A stretch of 64,000 nt of DNA from Verrucomicrobiota bacterium (GTDB lineage Bacteria > Verrucomicrobiota > Verrucomicrobiia > Limisphaerales > SXQI01): positions 61,615 to 125,614 of the forward strand of contig JANRLX010000134.1 of NCBI GenBank assembly GCA_033762115.1, in the 5' to 3' direction. Position numbers and translations under genes: made by a program. This document shows, in pieces, positions 55,992 through 64,000 of the stretch. Position 1 is the first letter of the stretch; the number at the start of each line of letters is the position of its first letter. The notes below the pieces were generated by a model. It was given only the letters and a program-made list of their open reading frames with translations. It had not been told where the DNA came from and searched no databases.

Positions 55992-56165
55992 AATTTCGAT
56001 TTTATTGTATCCCTTTTTCTTTAGGGATTTCCCGCTAAAAACATCGCATTCATTCCGCTAAAAGATTGGACGTAAGCAGCATGCAAAGGCATTGTAATGG
56101 CTGACTGCCAAACGGAACTGATGAATGGATCATTCCGCGGAGCGTCTGTGTAAGTTGTCAGCGTT

Positions 56166-59100
56166 GTGCAGCAGAGTCATCATCAAACTGGGGTCCAACT
56201 GCCCGAGAACCTGGCTTCCAGGTTCCTGGCCTTAAGGCAGAAACTGCTTCGAGTCGAGTCGTTGCTATTTTTCGGCTCCATTCTCAACGCATTTCTTCTT
56301 TCCTGGCTGCTTCTCTTTATTTCTGACCGGGTTTGGGAAACTCCCCAATGGCTCCGCTGGACGTTTTTATTGGCGGCGCTGGTTGCCGGAGGATGGTTTG
56401 GTCTCGCCTGGGCACGACAATGGGTTCTGCATCCCCGAACCACCGAAGACCTGGCCCGCCTGGTTCAGTCACGCTTTAAGGTCCTGGGTGATCGTTTGCT
56501 CGGGATTGTCGAACTGGCCCATCAGGAACGGCGTCCCCCCGGTTTTTCTGAGGAGCTTTACCGCGCCGCCATTCGGCAGGTGGCCACCGAAGCGGAGAAA
56601 TATGAATTTACCCAGGCCGTCAATACCCGTCAGTTGCAGCGGCCCGGCTCCCTTCTTTTTGCCCTTTTTGGAGCTGTGTTGCTGCTGGCCCTCCTGGTTC
56701 CCGGTGTTGCGTTGAATGCTTTTCGCCGCTGGATCATGCCTTCGGCCAATCTTACCCGTGAAACCCTGGTTGAATTGAAAGCCTTGCCCCGCGAACTGAT
56801 CGTTCCGCATGGTGAAGAATTCCAGGTCACGGGCGAAGTTGCCTATCGCTCCTTCTGGAAACCGGCCAAAGTAACCGCTCGCTTCGAAAAGGACCTTCCG
56901 CAACGCGGGGAAACAAGGCAACAACAGGTTAAGGTCAATGTCTCCGGCAAAACGGTTGCTGGTAAATTGCGGATTGCACTCGGCGATGCCACCCATCTCA
57001 TCGACATCAAACCAATCCACAGACCTGCACTCAAGGGAATGACTGTCGATATCGAACTGCCTGAATACCTCCATTACCCATCCGCAACCCAGGCAGTTTC
57101 GCTCGGAAATCTCGTGGCACTCGAAGGCTCCAAAATTCGGTTGACCGGCACTGCCACTCGCCAGCTGGCTTCGGCGGCCATGCATTTACCGGAGTTGGCC
57201 CCTGCTGATTTATCCATTCGCAGCAATGAGTTCAACACCCAACACATTGTTCCGGGAGCCATTTCTTCAGCAATTTTTGAATGGCGGGATTCCTATGGCC
57301 TCAGCAACGCCGCACCCTGGAAGTTGAACATCGAAACCCAGGTTGATGCCGCCCCCCAGCCGGAAATCAAGGAACTCCCGCGGAATGTTGCTGTGCTTGA
57401 AAGCGAAGTCTTGCAGATGGTTGTCCAGGGGCGGGATGATTACGGACTTCAATCCATCGGTCTGAACTGGTCACTCGACAACGGCAGTTCCAATACGCTC
57501 GGAAGCGCACTTCGGTTTGATTCTCAGGGGTATCAGGAAAAAACCCTTGAACACACCTTCACCTTGACCCCTGCGATCCTGGGGATTCCCAAAAACAGCA
57601 CCATCACCGTAAAGGCGTTCGCTCATGATTTTTATCCGGGTCGTGAACCGATGGAAAGCGGTGCTTACCGGATTCAGGTTGTCGGCCAGGAAGAGCATGC
57701 TGAAATGATTCGCCAGCGTCTCGAATCGCTTTTAGTCCGTCTGGAAGAAGTCACCCGTGCCGAGGAAAAAATTGCCGCCCAGACCGATGCACTTCTTAAA
57801 AACCAGGAGGAAGACCCCGCCAAACGTGAGCGAAGCATTGAAGACCTGGAACAGCAACAGCGGGATAATGCAGAAAATCTCTCCGAGATGTCCCGCGAAG
57901 GGATGAAAACGCTCCGTGAAGCGCTCCGCAACCCTGCCTTCTCCGAAGAGTTGCTTGAAAAATGGACAAAAAATCTCCACCAGATGCAGCAACTCGCCGC
58001 CAAAGAAATGGCCCAGGCCGCGAAGGAACTGAAGGAAGCCAAAAACGGCAGCAAATCTGAACAGCAGCAGGATCTTGCCTCAGCAAAGGAGCAGGAGGAG
58101 GAAGCCCTGAATGCCCTGAAGGAAATTCAGCAGCGTATCAATGAGGGACTCGATGATTTGCAGGCGATGACCCTTGCTCAACGTTTGCGTAAACTGGGGG
58201 GCAATCAAAAGGAAATCGAAGCGGCCCTCCAAAAGAATATTGGCGAGACCATCGGGTTGACCACTCCCGAACTTCCCGCTGGTTTGGCTCAGGAAAACAA
58301 GTCTCTCGCGGAACAACAGGGCGATACTCGCAAGGAAGCAGACACCTTGCAAACCGAGATCAGTCGCTTTTTCGAACGCACTCGCAAGGAAGGTTATGGC
58401 AAGGTCAGCCGCGAAATGGCCGCTGTGAAGACCTCCGAGGAACTGGAAAAAATCCGCACCTTCATCACTGACAATGTGTCGATGGAAGCGATGAACGGCC
58501 TGGCCCACTGGTCAGATCAATTTGCCAAATGGGCGGATCTCCTCCAGCCTCCCCCTGCCGAATCCTCTTCCAATGGCAGCGGAGAGGGAGAAGGAGGAGG
58601 GGAGCAGCAAGACAGTGCATTGAAGCAGTTGATGGCATTGCTTCGAATGCGGGAAAACCAGGTCAACCTCCGCGAGCGGACTCGTTTGCTCGAACAGCAG
58701 AAAGACAATAATCCCATGTACCGGGAACGGGTTTACAATATTCAGGAAGCGCAGGATCAAAACCTCCAGAAGCTCCAGACATTGGCCGATGAAAACCCTT
58801 TCAAGATTCTTGCCCCTTCTCTTGAAGAATCTTCCAACGCGATGGGGGAGGTCTGGAATTTTCTGGATGAACCGCGGACTGATGAAGCCACCATCAAGCT
58901 GCACAATGAGGCGCTGGCTAATCTCTCGGATGCGATCAACCTGCTGAACGAGGAACAGCAAAAACAACAGCAGCAGGGAAAAGGCAACCAGGCGTCAAAA
59001 CCTTCTGAAGGAAATGAAATGCAATTCCTCATGCAGATGATGGCCATGCAGCCAAAGGGAATGCAACCCAGCAACAAGCCGGGAGGAAACAACATGGGCG

Positions 59101-59264
59101 GTGACACGGACAATGCAGGCGAGGGCCCGGGCGGAACGAACACCGGGAACGCCGATGAAGATCGGACTGTCCAGAAGGCAAGCGGCACAACCCGGCCTGT
59201 TCCGGCCGAATTCCGCGACGCGCTCGAATCCTACTACAAGGCCCTTGAAGCTGAACAGCAATGA
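56166..59264 (+). CDS. Large membrane-anchored Ig-like plus coiled-coil protein (DUF4175-like)
   Basis: 3 N-terminal TM segments; LGDRLLGIVEL; Ig-like region (P.YL, DDYGL); long Q/E-rich coiled coil; C-terminal VP.EFRDALESYYKAL. Confidence 0.75.
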   Translation: MQQSHHQTGVQLPENLASRFLALRQKLLRVESLLFFGSILNAFLLSWLLLFISDRVWETPQWLRWTFLLAALVAGGWFGLAWARQWVLHPRTTEDLARLVQSRFKVLGDRLLGIVELAHQERRPPGFSEELYRAAIRQVATEAEKYEFTQAVNTRQLQRPGSLLFALFGAVLLLALLVPGVALNAFRRWIMPSANLTRETLVELKALPRELIVPHGEEFQVTGEVAYRSFWKPAKVTARFEKDLPQRGETRQQQVKVNVSGKTVAGKLRIALGDATHLIDIKPIHRPALKGMTVDIELPEYLHYPSATQAVSLGNLVALEGSKIRLTGTATRQLASAAMHLPELAPADLSIRSNEFNTQHIVPGAISSAIFEWRDSYGLSNAAPWKLNIETQVDAAPQPEIKELPRNVAVLESEVLQMVVQGRDDYGLQSIGLNWSLDNGSSNTLGSALRFDSQGYQEKTLEHTFTLTPAILGIPKNSTITVKAFAHDFYPGREPMESGAYRIQVVGQEEHAEMIRQRLESLLVRLEEVTRAEEKIAAQTDALLKNQEEDPAKRERSIEDLEQQQRDNAENLSEMSREGMKTLREALRNPAFSEELLEKWTKNLHQMQQLAAKEMAQAAKELKEAKNGSKSEQQQDLASAKEQEEEALNALKEIQQRINEGLDDLQAMTLAQRLRKLGGNQKEIEAALQKNIGETIGLTTPELPAGLAQENKSLAEQQGDTRKEADTLQTEISRFFERTRKEGYGKVSREMAAVKTSEELEKIRTFITDNVSMEAMNGLAHWSDQFAKWADLLQPPPAESSSNGSGEGEGGGEQQDSALKQLMALLRMRENQVNLRERTRLLEQQKDNNPMYRERVYNIQEAQDQNLQKLQTLADENPFKILAPSLEESSNAMGEVWNFLDEPRTDEATIKLHNEALANLSDAINLLNEEQQKQQQQGKGNQASKPSEGNEMQFLMQMMAMQPKGMQPSNKPGGNNMGGDTDNAGEGPGGTNTGNADEDRTVQKASGTTRPVPAEFRDALESYYKALEAEQQ

Positions 59265-60265
59265 ACCAGCTCAGGCACCTTTATCATCTCCTTTGGCTCT
59301 TTGCCCTTATCCCTACGATCAGTTCCCGATCGCTCGCCCAGGAGCTGTTCTCCGAGCAAACCGCAACTGCCGCCAATGAAATCGAGCGGATGTATGTTCG
59401 CGGCCTTCAATTTCTAAGCCAGACCCAGCAGCCGGATGGTTCCTGGGAGGACAAGCCTTATGGCGCGGAACCGGCCGTCGTTGGGCTGGCCATCGTTGCC
59501 ATCCTGGCTCATGGGGAAGATGCCACTTCCGGCCCTTATGCGGAAACGATCCGTCGCGGGCTGGATTTTATTCTCAAACAGCAAAACCCTCAGACCGGTT
59601 ACATAGGCCGTTCCATGTACAACCACGGCTTCGCCACGCTTGCCCTTGCTGAAGCTTACGGGATGGTTGAGGATCCGCGCCTTGGCCCCGCGCTTCAAAA
59701 AGCGGTCCTTTTAATCACTGGCTCCCAGTCAAAAAACCCGTTCGGCGCCTGGCGCTACTCCCCGGAAAGCACCGATGCTGACACTACCGTCAGCGGCGCT
59801 CAAATGGTCGCATTGTTTGCTGCCCGGAACGCCGGTATCGGCGTGGCTGAGGAAGCCATACAGAAAGGATTGAAGTTTTTCGCCCGTTGCCAAACCCCTG
59901 AAGGGGGGATTGGCTACACGGCCGGGACCTCACCGAACGGCGCGCGCTCAGCAATCGCTGTGCTGGTGTTCGCCCTGGCAAAAGAAAAAAACTCCCCTGT
60001 CTTTAAAGGCGCTTACAATTTTTTGAAAACCGCCCCTGCCGAAAATCATTATCAGCAATATTATATCTATTATGCAGCCCAGGCTTTTTTTCACGCCTCC
60101 CCTCAAGGGTGGAACGAATGGAATAAAAAAAATATCCGCGAACTGACCGGTAGCCAGAACCCTGATGGAAGCTGGACCGGACAATTCGGAAACAGCTTTT
60201 CCACCGCAGCCTCTTTGCTTTCCCTTGCCGTCAATTACCGTTTTCTTCCCATTTATGAACGGTAA
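59261..60265 (+). CDS. Secreted prenyltransferase/squalene-oxidase-repeat protein
   Basis: Signal peptide; FLSQTQQPDGSW, MYNHGFATLALAE, GAWRY....DADTTVS, QNPDGSW, LPIYER C-terminus; ATGA overlap. Confidence 0.85.
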   Translation: MNQLRHLYHLLWLFALIPTISSRSLAQELFSEQTATAANEIERMYVRGLQFLSQTQQPDGSWEDKPYGAEPAVVGLAIVAILAHGEDATSGPYAETIRRGLDFILKQQNPQTGYIGRSMYNHGFATLALAEAYGMVEDPRLGPALQKAVLLITGSQSKNPFGAWRYSPESTDADTTVSGAQMVALFAARNAGIGVAEEAIQKGLKFFARCQTPEGGIGYTAGTSPNGARSAIAVLVFALAKEKNSPVFKGAYNFLKTAPAENHYQQYYIYYAAQAFFHASPQGWNEWNKKNIRELTGSQNPDGSWTGQFGNSFSTAASLLSLAVNYRFLPIYER

Positions 60266-61610
60266 AATCTTCTTCCTGCCAATCATCATCTGGGCGCTCG
60301 CCAGCTTAGCTCCTATTGCCTCGGGAGCCACCAATGAAGTCATTCGTTTGTTCGACGGCTCAATCCTTTCCGGTAGCGCTTTGGACCTGGATCCAACCAG
60401 GGGAATTACCTGGAGTTCCCCCGCCGCCCGTAAACCAATTCTTTTTCGGCAAACGAACATCGCCTCAATTCTTTTTCCCAAAAGCATCTCTGCCGCTGAT
60501 CAGGAAAAAGACTCCGTCTCCACTTTTCAATTCACCAATGGCGACAAGGTCAATGGCGGCTTGCACTCCATTGAACAAGGCAAAATCATCATCGATAGCG
60601 AGTTCGGGGGTAAAATTGAGGCCCCTCAGGAGCAGCTTCAGGGAATCTTTTTTTCACGTGGCCAACGTCTCCTTTACGAAGGGCCCACAAGTCTGGAAGG
60701 CTGGAAAACCGGTGATCAGATGCGCGCATGGGAATACAAGGATGGCGCTTTTGTCTCGAACGGTGCGGACATTCTCGGACGCGATTTTAATCTTCAGGGC
60801 TCCTGCAGCGTTGAATTCGAAATGATCTGGAACGGCCCCTTTGCCTTCTCGGTCACGCTTTATGCCCAGGAACTTGACCGATTTGATTACAGTTCCAGTT
60901 CCTACGTCATTTACATCGGTTCCGCGAGCATTGCCGCCCAGCGGATTCAGGCCGGAGTAGGGACCATGATGCTTGGTCGCGCCGCCCCTTCCGGCCTCGC
61001 CAATAAAAACCGCGCCAAATTCGAGATCCGCTGCAACAAGTCGGAAGGCACCATCACCGTGCTCATGGATGGCAAATTCGTCGAAAAATGGGCCGATCCC
61101 CAGGGATTTGTCGGCAAAGGAAAAGGAATTCTCTTTTTCTCACAGGTCGATGGCGTTGCCATGCGATTGCAAAATATCAGGGTCATGGAATGGGACCCCC
61201 GATTCGAGCCGGATAACAGTGCCCTGGAAAATAAGGAGGATGTGCTCATGCTTGCCAACAAGGACAAAGTTCGCGGCAAACTCCTTGGCGTTGAAAACGG
61301 CAAAGCCGCGATCGAAGTAAAGGGTAATCGCCTCAATGTCCCGCTCGATAGAATTGTCCAGATGAGCCTTGCCAAGCCAAAGGCCACAACCAACGATTCC
61401 GATCCCTGGCTGGTTCAGGGGACCTTTATCGGGGGTGAGGCATTGTCATTCAAACTCACCGATTGGACCGGCGAAAAAATTGAGGGTGTCAGTCCCAACT
61501 TCGGCCCCTTGCAAATGGAACGCTCAAAAATAAAACAATTATTTTTTAACCTTCATCGCCCCCAGCCAGCCGAAGCAGGCATGGAAATGCAGGAGTTGGA
61601 TTTCGAATGA
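60255..61610 (+). CDS. Secreted hypothetical protein (paralogue A) with L.NGD.L.G repeats and a central lectin-like domain
   Basis: Signal peptide from ATG 60255; repeats IRLFDGSILSG, FQFTNGDKVNG, LMLANKDKVRG. Confidence 0.75.
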   Translation: MNGKIFFLPIIIWALASLAPIASGATNEVIRLFDGSILSGSALDLDPTRGITWSSPAARKPILFRQTNIASILFPKSISAADQEKDSVSTFQFTNGDKVNGGLHSIEQGKIIIDSEFGGKIEAPQEQLQGIFFSRGQRLLYEGPTSLEGWKTGDQMRAWEYKDGAFVSNGADILGRDFNLQGSCSVEFEMIWNGPFAFSVTLYAQELDRFDYSSSSYVIYIGSASIAAQRIQAGVGTMMLGRAAPSGLANKNRAKFEIRCNKSEGTITVLMDGKFVEKWADPQGFVGKGKGILFFSQVDGVAMRLQNIRVMEWDPRFEPDNSALENKEDVLMLANKDKVRGKLLGVENGKAAIEVKGNRLNVPLDRIVQMSLAKPKATTNDSDPWLVQGTFIGGEALSFKLTDWTGEKIEGVSPNFGPLQMERSKIKQLFFNLHRPQPAEAGMEMQELDFE

Positions 61611-62962
61611 GACCAGTCTTTTCCCTCCTCACCATTTTTCTGGGCGCCGCTCTGCTTCCGCAGGTTTTGTCCCAGCACCGGGTTGAGTTTAAAAATGGTG
61701 ATCGCTTGAGCGGCCGGATGGAATCCATTCAGGGCAGCGAAACCGTTTTTTGGATTCATCCGGACGCTGTCGACCCCATTGAACTGCTGCCCTCTTACCT
61801 CGGGAGGATTGTTTTGCAGGAAGGCGCTGCCACCCCCCTCACGCCGGAAATGACCCAGTTACACCTCTCGAATGGGGACCAGCTCTTCGGCGAATTAATC
61901 GAGGTGAATGGCCAGGAATGCGTCCTCAAAACACCGTATGCTGGCACTTTGAAAATACCCCGGAACACTCTCGCTGGATTTGCTCCCATGATTTCCAGCG
62001 GCCTGATCTTCCAGGGACCAACAAGCCTCGAAGGCTGGACCCAGGGCCGCGTCAATTTAAATCCAGTCGGCCAGATCGAGGCTGGCGAATGGACCTACAA
62101 GGACCAGGCGTTTTACGCCACTAAATCTGCTTCCATTGCCCGCGATCTCCAACTGCCCGACGTGGCCTCGCTCTCCTTTGACCTTGCCTGGCGCGGCTAT
62201 TTCACAGTCGCCATTGCACTTTACACCGATAGCCTCCATCCCGTCGCCCTCCTGAACAAGGAAGCCGAGCCCGATTTTGGCGCCTTCTACAGCCTTCAAC
62301 TCAATACCTTCTCCGCCAACCTTCTGCCGGTAAAAAAGAATGAACCCATCCGCTATCTTGGCCAGGTTCCCCTTCAGGGAATGACCCAGAAAAAATCTGC
62401 TCATTTTGAGATTCGTTTGAACAAAGCCAAAAAAATTATCGCCCTGTTCCTTGACGGCGTGATGGTCAAGCAATGGTCCGATCCCGAGGGCTTTTCCGGC
62501 AAAGGCACCGCTGTCCGTTTCGTTCATCAGGGGCAGGGATCCGTCCGCTTGAGCAACATCCGGGTCTCCCAGTGGGACGGCCTTTACGAAGAAGCGAAGC
62601 CGACCCCCGCAACATTGAAGCAGGACCTTGCCCGTCTTCGGAATGGCGATAAAGTCCACGGCTTGTTCCAGCAGTTGCAGGATGGCAAACTGACTTTTTC
62701 AATCCCTGAGCGGCAGTTCGAATTTCCAATGGAAAGGCTCAAGGAACTGGTCCTCGCCCCCAAAGAGGCTCCTCCACTCGCTTCCTCCACTCATGTTCGC
62801 GCTCATCTCTTCCAGGGTGGCCGTTTGACCATCCAAATTGAACAATGGAACAGGGATGGCGTGCTGGCCATCAGCCCCATTTTCGGAAAAGCCAAATTTC
62901 GGCCAGATGCCTTCAGCTTGATTGAATTCGAACCTGCTCAAACGCGGAATGCCCTCCAATAA
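61607..62962 (+). CDS. Secreted hypothetical protein (paralogue B)
   Basis: Signal peptide; VEFKNGDRLSG, LHLSNGDQLFG, ARLRNGDKVHG; shares GPTSLEGW and W.DP.GF.GKG with the upstream gene. Confidence 0.75.
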   Translation: MRPVFSLLTIFLGAALLPQVLSQHRVEFKNGDRLSGRMESIQGSETVFWIHPDAVDPIELLPSYLGRIVLQEGAATPLTPEMTQLHLSNGDQLFGELIEVNGQECVLKTPYAGTLKIPRNTLAGFAPMISSGLIFQGPTSLEGWTQGRVNLNPVGQIEAGEWTYKDQAFYATKSASIARDLQLPDVASLSFDLAWRGYFTVAIALYTDSLHPVALLNKEAEPDFGAFYSLQLNTFSANLLPVKKNEPIRYLGQVPLQGMTQKKSAHFEIRLNKAKKIIALFLDGVMVKQWSDPEGFSGKGTAVRFVHQGQGSVRLSNIRVSQWDGLYEEAKPTPATLKQDLARLRNGDKVHGLFQQLQDGKLTFSIPERQFEFPMERLKELVLAPKEAPPLASSTHVRAHLFQGGRLTIQIEQWNRDGVLAISPIFGKAKFRPDAFSLIEFEPAQTRNALQ

Positions 62963-63542
62963 TCCCCAACGCTTCTTTCAACAAACTTCTTCCCGGTTCC
63001 ATTCGCGGCCACGGTGACGCACCCGAGGGGTGCGGCAATGGCACCAGATCAAACTCCACTCCAAACCGCTCCACTCGAAACATTTTCCCCACCAGTTCTT
63101 CCAAAGGTGCCACCGGAACAAATTGACTGATCGCCAGTTTTCCTACTGCAATGACCAATTCCGGTTTCAACAATCGAATTTCCTTTTCCATCCACTCGCT
63201 GCAATTGGAAATCTCCACCGCCGTTGGCACCCGGTCCCCGCCTCCCTCTTTCTTTCCCGGAAAACAGCGGCACACCGCCGCCATGTAAATCCTTGCGCGA
63301 AACTGCGCTTCACTCATCCCGCATTCCTCCTCGAACCAGCGAAACAACGTCTTTCCAGCCGTCCAGGCAAATGGGCGGCCCAGCACCGGTTCCCGATTTC
63401 CCGGTGCCTGCCCCACAAGCATCACTCTGCTCACGACCGCTCCTCCGGAAACCACTGGCTTGTGCATCTCCGGGCATCGGTTGCACGCAAGCAACGCTTC
63501 TCGATGCAACGCCAGCAGGGTCTCGCTTTTTTTCAAATTCAT
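62913..63542 (-). CDS. Uracil-DNA glycosylase superfamily protein (Fe-S, family 4-like)
   Basis: CNRC, VGQAPG motif A, RPF...AGK.L, CRCFP, HPSG motif B; start ATG 63542. Confidence 0.88.
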   Translation of the reverse strand: MNLKKSETLLALHREALLACNRCPEMHKPVVSGGAVVSRVMLVGQAPGNREPVLGRPFAWTAGKTLFRWFEEECGMSEAQFRARIYMAAVCRCFPGKKEGGGDRVPTAVEISNCSEWMEKEIRLLKPELVIAVGKLAISQFVPVAPLEELVGKMFRVERFGVEFDLVPLPHPSGASPWPRMEPGRSLLKEALGIIGGHSAFEQVRIQSS

Positions 63543-63736
63543 CCGAACCAAATGGCTTCCGTTCTCGTTTCCATACATGGAATTGTTCCGCTCCGATTTC
63601 GGGAAGGGCCGTTCCAACCAGGAATCAGCACAACTCCTGTAACCGGGTTCCACCGGGATTTGTCTTATGTAATGGAAAGTATGGTAAATCTCTCAAAGTT
63701 GAAACAAAAGCACTCCCTGCAGGGTTACAACAGGAG

Positions 63737-64000
63737 ATGATGAAACAACGATCAACCATTCTCCCCGAGCAGGGTCTTGGATTTTGCGCGATCCTCGCAG
63801 GTGTTATTGCCACGATGATCCTGCTGCTTCTCATCAAGCCCGGTTACACCACAAAAACCAGTGAAAACTCCCTCGTTTTCCTCAGTGAGGATGAAATCGG
63901 CACCCCTCTGATCACTTCATACCCCGACTACCTGCACCTTAAAAACAACACCCGCAGCTTTTCTGCCTTGAGTTGTTTTGATGAACAAAAATTCATGCTC
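63737..64000 (+). CDS. N-terminal part of a MacB-like ABC permease (truncated by the window end)
   Basis: Open frame to the end of the window (MMKQRST...); one TM helix then SYPDYLHLKNNTRSFSAL, resembling the MacB periplasmic-core motif; not in the ORF track. Confidence 0.6.
   Translation, partial: MMKQRSTILPEQGLGFCAILAGVIATMILLLLIKPGYTTKTSENSLVFLSEDEIGTPLITSYPDYLHLKNNTRSFSALSCFDEQKFML

Noticed and set aside
62913..62962. Convergent 3' overlaps (50 bp here; 33 bp at 49935-49967) as possible frameshifts or pseudogenes
   Set aside because: Both partners retain their C-terminal motifs, and short convergent overlaps are common.
1..64000. CRISPR arrays, tRNA/rRNA genes, IS elements, prophage or anti-phage defence genes
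   Set aside because: No regularly spaced repeats, cloverleaf-like sequences, transposase/integrase motifs or recognisable defence domains were seen. Intergenic gaps are short. A covariance-model scan was not possible.

Overview
64 kb of ordinary-density bacterial chromosome. The gene content (YdjY-like, stand-alone prenyltransferase-fold, DUF1080, STK-WD40/ECF pair, DUF4175-like, large modular S8 proteases) suggests a PVC-superphylum organism, probably Verrucomicrobia; this is an inference from protein families. No rRNA, tRNA, CRISPR array, transposase, integrase or phage genes were seen. Housekeeping genes: rpsA (5'-truncated), rph, purH, hisB, surA-pdxA, an alanine racemase and a uracil-DNA glycosylase. 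Accessory content: four secreted proteases (three share a C-terminal domain), a PPi-dependent PEP carboxykinase, a D-lactate-dehydrogenase-like enzyme, a REC-PAS-PP2C regulator and two ECF sigma modules. The best candidate for an undescribed system is a tightly coupled 12-gene minus-strand operon (44066 to 28677). It has three HflK/HflC-type SPFH proteins with no ftsH nearby, a His-rich P1B ATPase with a non-canonical metal-site signature, two ABC ATPases, three ABC-2-type permeases, a helical-repeat membrane protein and a TPR-LysM lipoprotein. The second candidate is hpnJ followed by a divergent PurD-fold ATP-grasp ligase, an alanine racemase and an ATE/Bpt-like aminoacyl transferase. All calls come from motif recognition by eye; no database searches were run.
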